Positions 24,301 to 33,528 of a stretch of DNA of 64,000 nucleotides are shown one piece after another (the stretch's first letter is position 1; the number at the start of each line of letters is the position of its first letter). A program made the translations under genes and the position numbers. The DNA is from Amphiscolops sp. MND2022 (lineage: Eukaryota), in assembly GCA_964187785.1 (NCBI GenBank), contig OZ076409.1, forward strand, positions 55,058,001 through 55,122,000. Direction: 5' to 3'. Under the pieces are notes generated by a model. It did no database searches. It worked only from the letters and a program-made list of their open reading frames with translations, and was not told where the DNA came from.

Positions 24301-25343
24301 TCTCTTTGCGCCATTATCGCCGTCATTTCCGATATGCGCTGTTCAGTTAGACCCTTGACTGATGCCATTGTCGTTTCCATTTTGTCCTGATTGATGCGCC
24401 CTTCCGTCTTCATTTTAAGCACTCCTCTTCTCAGTTCCTCCATTTCTTTCATTAAGACTTCAGCTGGCAGAGCATGGTCACCATTCTCTTGGACTAAATT
24501 GGCTTGGACTTGTTTCAACTGTGCTAAGCTCCGTCCCAAGTCTTCCCTTGTGGCTTCAGTTTCCTTGATGCAGCCAGTGATGGTCGAGCTTGGGGACGCT
24601 ATGCTATCTGAGCCTGAATATTGGGAAATTGCCGTCCCTCCTAGTTGGAAGGTACTAGGGCCTAGCAGAGGTGATGTGGTTAAGGTATAGTTCTGGAAGT
24701 TCACCTCTTTTATTGTCTCCCGCTTTCCCAGCTGGTTTCCTGGAGGAGTACTTGCGGTGTCAGCAACAGCGTTTCTACTAGCAGCAAACACTGGAACTCC
24801 GGAACCCAGCGGGTCCACACCCAAACTCACTTGTGGTGTAATCTCTCCTAAGGCCATGCCTGCATTCTTGTCCTCTACACTTTTGCTGATGTTCGAGCTG
24901 GTAGCTTGTTCTCCATTCGAATTTGGCCAATCTGCCCAGGCAATCGCAGAGTTATTCACGGGAGGCCAGACGCTGCCACAGTTCATGGCAGTGCCATTTA
25001 CAAAGTAAGCGCTATCCGAAGATGCTCGAGAGGAGTTTAGTTGCCTGATGTATGCCATTTGCGAGTTTTGCTCGGCATCTGACATGTTATTTGACATGAC
25101 GTCGCATAAGAACATGTTCGCAATCATGTCATCCGCTGCTATCTCAGCACGTGCACTAAGCCTAGACAACTCCTCTACATCGCTTGCAAATGGATTCGTA
25201 GCGTGGAAGCCACTAGACTGCCTGTTCGACTCATTCAAAGACTTCAGATACTCAATCTCGCCTGATTTCATGCTCGATGGACTGCTCTGACTACTGTTTC
25301 CTCTGGTAACCCAGCTTTTGAACAGGGCTTTGGCTTTTTTCAT
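21381..25343 (-). CDS. Gypsy Gag-protease (in frame with Pol, separated by a single TGA)
   Basis: Coiled-coil N-terminus, retrotransposon capsid-like region, CCHC knuckle CFNCGDPSHFIADC, aspartic protease MIDTGSGVS...FLLGRNFL, then a dUTPase-like beta-rich segment. Confidence 0.93.
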   Translation of the reverse strand: MKKAKALFKSWVTRGNSSQSSPSSMKSGEIEYLKSLNESNRQSSGFHATNPFASDVEELSRLSARAEIAADDMIANMFLCDVMSNNMSDAEQNSQMAYIRQLNSSRASSDSAYFVNGTAMNCGSVWPPVNNSAIAWADWPNSNGEQATSSNISKSVEDKNAGMALGEITPQVSLGVDPLGSGVPVFAASRNAVADTASTPPGNQLGKRETIKEVNFQNYTLTTSPLLGPSTFQLGGTAISQYSGSDSIASPSSTITGCIKETEATREDLGRSLAQLKQVQANLVQENGDHALPAEVLMKEMEELRRGVLKMKTEGRINQDKMETTMASVKGLTEQRISEMTAIMAQRDQQADERLTLMSETMHRREIDVDKRMVDLMTTVQDLTLGVKAVVATVPSRPSPVPVALNPANVPSTNESSIQQPTNREVVQRQSRTKPDQRNLNPETVEDAAKSNTPNTIHGQALAEAITTAMSKGLEPLLAAKEAKNIPTKYRGTRDGIIDGWLMLMKRYLEKAHAKDTPLDRAWTIVEFLENEAQDYIMNKSEAERDTDEKVFALLARRFGTGSSKFQIQQQFRTRNQSDDEDHMQYLDALEGLRSQGFPNEEVTVRRYEIMQRFIEGVRSFELKRNLALMYAQEQYVDTPPTVEALRFTVQQYLHMRGPIRSENYPAPQQQQQPLLARQQNPILAAAPQAPNWQLPPQPVAVRQQPPKPSRACFNCGDPSHFIADCPLKDRARKSVQQLVTSCRTNPACEWTSPSNPHGMNNDVVPAAPSAQGPPTLRVNFDCTGNTASECMVPESAATEEQVKAARYAPVTNSADFVDTDDQIRVISTSEEGGPSRPVVVTCGEKQILTTLEAPAPNCTETLISIHLLLSAEQKARPNLTLAQLKEELCRNTNLTIASRPLPHFTRSDETKLAPIQKVKTIAPVPIAITVDGVDMKFDAIVVLEGHFPQGLYLGTQELRCYNIGMQDAHGEAQIDERASLMVAFGTPLQKPIPLFGMIDTGSGVSILSLSAYKKIASQHELSLSPCDIELFAANGKSITTVGIAEDVSFQLGGHTLKTNFVVIADHIGSEDFLLGRNFLRIYNVLVDLAAMKVTIRDPETPRIFKAVHEVSDQEPSFVVSAEEVTLGPFERKVVRAKIITQQPNVFHFRNVMVNPCNVKFNAVFVSEDTLTSVGEDGVVFLALKNQTAKEGVRIKEQTVIGKAVLTNFVFNSVPIQDSREASKLSAEFVNQVHRDLDLDTSSEFSSFAQNFLSSTEPSEIGLSENEKRRRTDPQLLKPIPGPDLSSVLSSWGEGARDKLASVLSEYDDLFMKNKSDIGR

Positions 25344-28300
25344 TACTCACTCTATCCTTCTTTGTGCAAAGTCAAACGTAAGACAAACAAAAATAGGAAG
25401 TTTTCGATGTACTCCCTAACTATCATTTAAACTAAACTATGGGACCACTACGTTCTGGAGCTTGCAGCTCGTGATTGCTTTCTAGATTCTAAATCGAAAA
25501 TAGCTGGCCTTCACAAACCTCAGACTCCAGATTACATGCACTGGTGCTAATCACCACTAATCAGAACAGAAATGTTTGCTACCCCACTAACTGGAGATAG
25601 TTATCCTACGAAAAGTTAAAGATGAGTTTTTTTAAAAATTTTTTTTGAAGTACTTTAGAGGTTACTCACACTAAACTACGCTTTACCCAGCCACAGGCTA
25701 TGCGGTTGGAATGAACAGAAAGGTTTTGGCACGCTAACAGAGCTTTATGGAGATTTATTCAAGAAATCTCCGCACTTTATTCTGTGAGCGCACTCTATGT
25801 TACTCGCACTGCCTTTTATGAGGAGAGCACAAGTAGGGTTACTACAATTAGGGAACTCGGGGATAGACCTTGGGGGTGAGTAGGTGCTAGGAGACTAACA
25901 AACAAGAGAGTTTTACTAATCTGATGATTACAAGATCAATGGAGACACGGTTCTTCACACTTTCAGATGCTACTGTACTTAATGTACTTTGGCGAGACGC
26001 AGCGCGTCCTAAGTCTAAGTCTCGTGGGAAACTCCTAAATGCGTTCTGATTCTTACACTATGCTTCGCATTCGAAGTATGCGTGGCTACAACTGTCAGTT
26101 CGCACTTAGGTGACTCTGGTGGCTGTTAACAGAGAAAACACGATTTTGGTGTTTTTCGCTTCTACGTCTCGTTGACAATCTTTCCACGAACCCAAGATCT
26201 TAGGGTTGAGCTAGCTCTATACTGATTGCCTCAACAAGACGTGCTATGGGTGTCTGGTGTAGAACTAGGGTCGTTGGAGCACTCACTTGCGACTATACCT
26301 ACGAAAAATACGTAATTTTTCGCAAAATTTCTCAAAATCAGCAACTTTTTCGCCAATATGCACGCCTGGAACAGGTGGAAATCACTTCTAGAGCTAGTAG
26401 CGACCTGAAAATTTAACACGGTATACTACTGTGGCCAAATCGTGGGAAAATTACCATCGATTGCGCTAAAATTAATTGCACGTGACTTGGGGTCGTTCAA
26501 CAATGTTATTGCAAAATTTTACAATGTTGTGAAATTCACACAAGTCTGTCAAACTCGCCTTCTAGGCTTCCTAGCTACCTGAAATTTTGTATGCGAGCGT
26601 GAATTATGCCCACATAACAGAAAAATAAGTTGGCAGGGTGCCCAGGTCAATATTCCGCAATCCGAGTCGACAAAACTATAATGTACCCTGTATGTCACTT
26701 TCAGGGGTTAAAATTCACAAAATTGTCAATTTCTCTAAGTTGGGCAGTAGCAAGCTGCTCAAAATGCACAAATCGTCGGGATCGAGTGCCGTATGCACGA
26801 AAATGCAAGAATTTTAGTGCTGGGATACCTGCAAGGTATTGCACTATGCTCAACTAAAATTCAATTTTTTCGACATTTTCGGATCATTTTTGAGCAAAAC
26901 TGCGGCTAAGATTTCTCGATCACTAGTAACAGTAGCGCTACGAAAATTACACCACTAACGTTCCTTTTTGCGGTCTACACGATGGTGCAATCCGTTTTGG
27001 GCTACTCTTGCTAGGAGAGATTTCGACCTTTCTTTGAAACACTATTCCAATGTTCCGATAATGTCGCAAAAATAGCACGTTTTGGGCTATTTCTCAACAA
27101 CCACTGGTTGGAATCACTCGCGGTTTTCGGCGTTAGTAATCTAGTACTCTCTACTAACAGAAAATAGGCAAGCGAAACCTGGCAGGTTCCAAATAAGGTC
27201 TCTCAAAATTGATTTTAGGTTACACCTTGGACACTCTGGGAACACCTATGAAAAACACGTATTTTCCCTGGGAACTTTTTATTCTTCGGTTCCCAGAGGT
27301 TCGGGATGGTTTTAACAGTACAGTAGGAAGGTGTAACTACTTTATTTAGGGGACTGGGGTTCTTTCAATTATTACTTTTGATGTTATACCTCTCAGGTCT
27401 ATGGGGTCCTGTACTCAGGTCTATGTATATTGAAAGAAATAAGCTGTTAAAGTTTCAATTTTAATAGGGGAGCCTTAAAAAAACAACTTGGTAGTAGTGT
27501 CTCGTACTACCAAGCTAGGGAACAGAGCTTTTGGGCTGATCTAGAAGCTTTGGGACTATCGCCCAAGACTTTGCCCTCGTCAAATTTGGTCTTTTTGGCC
27601 AATTTCGACTTTTTCTCAATAAAAATCACACAAGTTCTCGATTTTACACCAAGTTGGCCCAACAAGTTTTTCTGTTCCTGACCTAGCAGGTCTGATGGAA
27701 CGTTTTTCCCGTATTCCCACTGGCCGTATCCTTTTCCACTAATTTTCACCCTTCAAAATCCGTAAAATCGCTATTTGAGCTATATAGGGTGTTGTTTTCA
27801 AGGTTTTCGCGCTCAAATTTTTAATCAACTGGTTCAAACACCCTCAGGGTATTTTTCCCAGCTGATTTTAGTGGGGATAGGCCTAGGAATATGCTTTTTG
27901 GGCCGATTATTAGCAAGAATTGGCAATACAACCCGATTGTCGTGGGTATTCGGCAACTAGAGGGGTACTGGAGGTGTGACGTCTGAGGTGCTCACACACT
28001 GTCGTCAGCTAGCTGGGGCCTTCAGCACTCGTCCTCTCGGTCCCCATACATTGCCAATTTACTGAAATAGAGCTGCAAAACCCTTTAAAACCAGTTCCGG
28101 ATAGGCCGGATTCACTTTTTCAACAGATATTATCGAAATACAGGGGGTACACTGTTTGAAATCGCCGATTTTCGGTTCCAGACCTCGGAAATACGCAGGA
28201 AACGCAGGAAAAACACTACTACAAGGCCCACAGGGCTAGAATGAGGCAATAAAAACAATCTAGGACTCACCAGAAGAATTTCCTAGATCCGAACCTAGCA

Positions 28301-28350
28301 GGGCCGGAAAGCAGGAAAAACTCCAACTATGGCGAAAAGATGGAAAAAAT

Positions 28351-28368
28351 GTCCCTTGTGGGGCGCCA
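28351..28368 (-). other. Primer-binding site, tRNA-Lys-like
   Basis: Minus strand TGGCGCCCCACAAGGGAC matches the well-known tRNA-Lys3 PBS TGGCGCCCGAACAGGGAC at 15/18 positions. It lies 16 nt inside the 5' LTR edge. Confidence 0.7.
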
Positions 28369-28384
28369 TAAAAACTATCCTAGA

Positions 28385-29095
28385 TGTAACGTCAAGCTAA
28401 CAGCTACATTCCAGAACCGGGACAATGCCCAGGTTGCCTTAACAAGAGACCAGTGTCTTACAACAACCTAAACATTAGTTTTTGGTCCCAAATGGTCTCT
28501 GTAGGGACTTTTCCAAGACGCCGAGGAGACTCCTCATATTAGAGCTCCGTGGCGACGTGCCGGCACACTCAAAGTCCGGACACGTCCCACAAGCACGTAA
28601 AAACGGTCCTAAAGGCTTCCTGCGATCCTACATACCTCCGAGGTCTGAAAACAGGGGTTTAGTCAGAGCACATCTCAATTAAGTGAATAACGTCTAAAAT
28701 CAACACCTTCCAGGTTTACCATTAACAAATACCTGAAAATCTGCCAAAATACTACAAAACAGCACTGGGGAGGCATTCTGAACAGTTCTCAGCGAGTTTT
28801 GAGCTTTGGGTTCAACTCACGCAAAAATCGCACCTTCTTCTTCATCTCTTTTCCGGCTCATTCTTGCGATTTTCCGGTTTTGATGGCACAACACTGGGGT
28901 ATTGGCTAGTTTCTGTTTCTGAATATCTTCTTTCGCCGCTTTTCGGTCTTCTCTGTGGTCTGGGGGGGTCTTTTTGCTTTGTGTGTGCTTCCTTTTCGAT
29001 TTCAACGACCTGCTAGGTCGGCCATTTTGATTCGCACACTTTTTGGGTATTCTTCGAATTTTTGAAATTTTTGACCTTGACTGGTGGACGTTACA
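28385..29095 (-). repeat. 5' LTR (711 bp)
   Basis: Direct repeat of 14037-14747 with TGTAACGTC...GACGTTACA ends. Confidence 0.97.
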
Positions 29096-29296
29096 TAATC
29101 TGATGACGTTTTTCATTTTCATAGATGTAACATAGCAGTATGCAATTGTTTCCGAGTGCAGTAATGCCTTTTGAAGCAGTCTCGTTCAAGTTGGAACTTT
29201 TTTGTTAGGTGCACCCTGTAACCGCATGCAGAGCAGTCAAACAAATTTTCGTTGTTTTGAAAATTCACATTACATATCAAGCAGCAGTCAAAAAGA
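29096..29296 (-). pseudogene. PHD-finger-like N-terminal fragment of LINE ORF1 (probable 5' continuation of the LINE at 11900-14036)
   Basis: CLIC-x10-DCSAC-x4-H-x10-C pattern in ORF 29119-29331; same strand as the LINE on the other side of the Gypsy insertion. Confidence 0.55.
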
Positions 29297-29645
29297 GGGT
29301 GGGTGGAAATAGGTCGAAGGAACGGGATCAAAAATCAGAGTTAGTCCTCAGGTCGACTTGCCAAATTTTTGAATGGGATCGAAACAACTCGGATCGAAAT
29401 TTTTATAACGTAGTCAGATATGTTCACATACCCCTAGTGCCCTGAATGCAGGAGCGAAGCGAAGCGGATCGACGTGCCATGTGGCCATGCCTCAATATTG
29501 CTACTTGGCGAAGGGAGCGAAACGACCGTGCCATACAACAAATACGATAAAATTCGACCGCATTCCAATCGATCCCTGCAATTCGAATAAAAGGTTCGAC
29601 CTCTGTCCTTTCGACCGGAAAAATTCGACCTATTTATAGGCACCC
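29297..29645 (-). mobile_element. Mutator-like MITE (GGGTG...CACCC)
   Basis: TIRs GGGTG..AAATAGGTCGAA / TTCGACCTATTT..CACCC; 9-bp TSD TCAAAAAGA/TCCAAAAGA; inverted homolog of 61506-61841. Confidence 0.85.
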
Positions 29646-29685
29646 TCCAAAAGAGACTTAAAACGAGCTCGTGTAATATGAGGAA

Positions 29686-30171
29686 TTATCGATTGAACTT
29701 AGGCAGGTAGGTTGATTTCGATCGAGAGACATAAAAACTAACATTTTTGTTAGTTTGGTCTTTTTCAGATATATTTGTCTTTCGGCTGAAGATGTTCTCT
29801 TCGAACCACGGGTTTTGAAAACGCGTTCGATCCAAGGATAGTTGTGCAGTAACACAGAGGGTTCTGAGTTCTTGATCAATCGATTGATTAAGCACCCGAT
29901 ACATCTTCGTTCTTGTGTTGTTGAGTTGCTCGGATTTGCTGAAAACGTGTTTTGTAATGGCAACCACGAAACACTTCAGTAATTTGTTTAGCATGTAGAA
30001 GACATTTGGTGTTCCATTGCGTTGACAGTAGACTATACAGTAAAGGTTTGGAAAAGACTTGAAAGTTTTTATCAGTTGATTTGGTGACAAACGTGTATCG
30101 TTATTGGTGCTGTGCTTCGAAATCTTCAAAATCGCGTTGTTGATCAAATCGTGCCACGCAATTATGTGCAC
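29686..30171 (-). pseudogene. Unknown LINE-associated ORF remnant (IIAWHDLINN...IVYCQRNG)
   Basis: 161-aa protein-like ORF lying between LINE RT remnants and a PHD-type ORF1 fragment; function not recognised. Confidence 0.35.
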
Positions 30172-30492
30172 TTTTTTATATTCCTTCAGAAAGAGATTTT
30201 TGTTCGTTTTTGAAAGTAACGTTTTTTTGAAGAATTTGTGGAGTTTGGGTTCAGTAAGTTTGTAAGCAAAAGTACACTGATTTCCATAATTTCATCATGA
30301 AAGTTGGTTTGGTAAAAAATACAATGAAGAATCTTCAAATTTTTTACTAAGCAAAGTAGACTTCCTATGTGAAGAGGCGAATCTAAAATCCTCCTAATTC
30401 AAGTTGTAATCAAGTGCTGGGTTCGTCCTCATTTTGAAATGATACATCTCTTGCTTTTCATTTGAATTGTTGATGTTTTGATTGAAAATACA

Positions 30493-32060
30493 TTAGATTC
30501 TTGGGTAACGAGTTCCAAACAGACACCACACCATGTGCTTGAAATCGGAAACTTTCCTAAATTTTGAAACGACGAAGAAGTTGAAATACAAAAGGTTCGA
30601 TTTGGGGGACTTTCTTATGAAGAACATTTGATAGAAGATGGGATTGTCACTAGCAGCAGGCAACTCATTTTTTTTTCCTTTCAGTAGATTGTTAGTCATG
30701 TTAATGTCAACAAAGTTTCGAACGGTGAATATACTGTGCTTCAATTTTGTATCGGACGATCTTTGGAATTTTGTCCGAAAAAAAACAGACTTTATTGCCC
30801 ACCTGTTTTGCTTCTCCAGAGAAGTTATGAATTTTTTCTGGACTCCGCCCAATAAAATAGAAGAATATTGCAAGTTGCTCATGATAAGAGTTTTGAAAAC
30901 AAGGAGAGTGTTATTTTCGCTTAGATTGTATAGATGTAACCATTTGGGCTAACCCTTTTTTCGATTCGTAGGTTGGGTCAGGGACATTTCGTCACCAGCC
31001 ATTTGGGCGACAATATGGCGTCGGTCACATGGGCGACAAAAGTGTCGACCAAATGGGTTGATCAAATTGATCAATTAACTGATATATTTAAAGAGGTTAG
31101 CATATTTGTTGTATGGCTCGGTCGCTTCGCTCCCTTCGCCAAGTAGCAACATTGAGGCATGGCCATATGGCACGTCGCTCCGCTTCGCTCCTGAATTTAG
31201 GGCACTAGGGATATGTGAACATATTTGACGGGAAATTTGGGCGACATTATTGTCGCCGAAATGGGCAGAAATTTTTGTCGCCCAAATGGCTGGTGACGAA
31301 ATGTCCCTGCCCCCGTAGGTTAGACATTGATCAATATGATCTCCTAGGTGTTTCACATATTGGAAACAGTCGATTGTTTCGTTACCCAATGTAGTTTTTT
31401 TCTCTTTGAACTTTTGTTTTGTTACATAATTTGCAAAAACATTGAATTTTTTTATCATTCATCATTAGTTCATTTCGTTGGAAATAGATTTGAAGTTTTT
31501 CAAGCATTTTCTGAATTATCTCAGTTCCGTCCCTTAACTCCTGGTGTTCCGCAAATATAATAGTGTCATCTGCGTTTTGAAAAAAGTTGCAACCTTTCTC
31601 GATGTATTGATCGATGTCGTTCACATATAGACTGAATAACAAAGGACCCAAGAATGTCCCCTGAACGAAACCTTGAAGGAGAATAACCCAATTGGAAAAC
31701 GGACTGTGTAAGGGGACTCTTTGTTTTTTATCTTTCGGAAAAATTTCAACCATTCGACAGAAGATGTCGTGGAAGTCTATGAAAGGAAGAATATCGAAAC
31801 CTTGGTCAATTTTCGATCTGAGGAACTCAGTAAAAACCACCAATGCATTAGTTGTGGAGGTATTTTTACGAAATCCAAAAATTTTTCAAGATTAAGTTTT
31901 CTTCAAAAGGTTTCATTTGCATGTTCATTAGGTTTTCAAAAACTTTTGAGAGTGCTGGAGTGATAGCTATAGGTCGGTACTTTCAGGGTCTTCGGACTTG
32001 GACTTGAATAAAGGTAAAACATCAGCCAGTTTTAGCTTGGATGGAAAACGATTAGATAAG
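30493..32060 (-). mobile_element. Degenerate LINE reverse-transcriptase remnant
   Basis: KLADVLPLFK..YRPIAI (~31960-32040), GFVQGTFLGPLLFSLYVND and NADDT (31382-31843), VKHLG, and a C-terminal segment at 30493-30882. Interrupted by a MITE. Confidence 0.8.
30975..31313. mobile_element. MITE with ~38-bp TIRs inserted in the LINE remnant
   Basis: GGGTCAGGGACATTTCGTCACCAGCCATTTGGGCGACAA / TTGTCGCCCAAATGGCTGGTGACGAAATGTCCCTGCCCC; TSD CGTAGGTT (8-9 bp). Confidence 0.88.
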
Positions 32061-32199
32061 TAAATAAAAAACGAAAATGTTCAGCAAGAACCACCTTTCA
32101 ATGACCACGTGGGTACGGGGATTGGAATTATGGTATGGCTATATAAAAGGTACCTGAAAAAGACCCCTCATAAATATCCATATTTTTGAAGGAAGCCAT

Positions 32200-32890
32200 A
32201 AATAATGGCCATATATATGGTGTCAAAAAACAAGAGACAAATGATGAATTGAATCAACCATTTCCGAAAACTTCAATCACTGTTCACGACAAGCAAGAGA
32301 GTTTCGACGTCCCAGTAGTTTTTATTCACAGCCAGGTACAGATTCTCCTCAAAATTCACTGGAAGGATCGTTTCGCAGGGGTGTTCGGATGTCCATCTAC
32401 AATCAAACCAAAGTTGCTGGGTTGGGCACTGGTTATCTTCTTTTCGACTTCCAAGGAAACCAGGTCTATATATTTCTGCAGAGTCTTCTGGCATATCGGC
32501 TCCAAATTAGTGTTCTTTCGTACTAATGGTTTGTCGACAAAACTGTACTCGCGATTTTCCAAAATCACCCAACCAACGGAAAATATTTTCCGCCTTCTTG
32601 TTCACTTAGGGTACGGCAATATTGCTTGCTCTTTGGTTTTTGACTTCCTATACTCATCTTCCCAGGAGTCTTTGTGAACATTTTTCAAGTGATTCATCAA
32701 ATTTGTATATCCTTTCTTGGATATAATGGTAATTGGCGGTCTTAGATTATAAGGTACTAGAATTGTTTCTGAATCAACCGTTTCTCTATGGCGGAGATAA
32801 TTCAGGCTGAAGTCGCTCATGTGAGTAATAGCCATCTTTTCAGTATTAGCCTTATCAATACTACAAGCTTGTTGTTCAATGAAAAACACT
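32200..32890 (-). pseudogene. hAT-like transposase remnant (BED-finger end, N-terminal catalytic region)
   Basis: GYTNLMNHLKNVH (BED-type H..H), ENREYSFVDKPLVRK...KTLQKY...VEKKI and FGLIVDG/WTSE (hAT D-x-W motif) across frameshifts. Confidence 0.65.
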
Positions 32891-33528
32891 CTAGAATTTT
32901 TTGTGTATTAAAACTAATTTAGTTAGCTGTTGTTTTTTTTACACTTTTGCAGTGGGGTGATTTCCTGTCATTGCGCTGTCCACTGTTGGATTCAGTTGAT
33001 AGATTTGATAACAGGTTGTGATGCAGTAGAAAAATTCACAGGCCACCACAGCTGCCCCAAGCAATCAATTCAATCTGAACTTATTTAATATCATTCGCCC
33101 TTCGATGAACTTAAAAACTAGAATACATTTTTTAGGTTTTGTATGGTTAAGCTTGAACACTAAATCACTACGGCGATGTCCACTGCAAGTGAGTCTGGAT
33201 CCTCTATTATTTTTTGAAAAATCACTGAGTGCAAGTAGTTTATGTGTTGATATTTGATAGTGTAAAGCTGAAATGAATGTAGTTTTGTTTCGTTTTGTGT
33301 GTGCCATTGCTATTATTTTTGCAAACGGTTGGTTATCTTTTTGGCGAGCATTGTTGGGGACAAGTTCAGTTTTTTTTCAAATTTGATCTCTCGGTTCGAA
33401 ACAGTGAAAGCAAAATCAATATATTGCTTCGAAACTTTTTGGGAAAAAATTATGTAATTACAAAGCACTCTCATTCCTGTAAATATGTGATCTTTTAGTT
33501 GCGTGAACTCATACGATGTTTGCTAAAT

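Larger units (their letters stand above)
14037..29095 (-). mobile_element. Full-length ~15.06 kb Ty3/Gypsy LTR retrotransposon
   Basis: Two 711-bp direct LTRs with TG...CA ends, a PBS and a PPT. Domain order gag-PR-RT-RH-IN on the minus strand. Confidence 0.97.

Noticed and set aside
17281..25290. Numerous plus-strand ORFs antisense to gag-pol
   Set aside because: Short shadow frames typical of the antisense strand of a long ORF; no domain signatures.
25921..25960. Hammerhead ribozyme core (CTGATGA) in the Gypsy leader
   Set aside because: No downstream GAAA core or flanking stems found.
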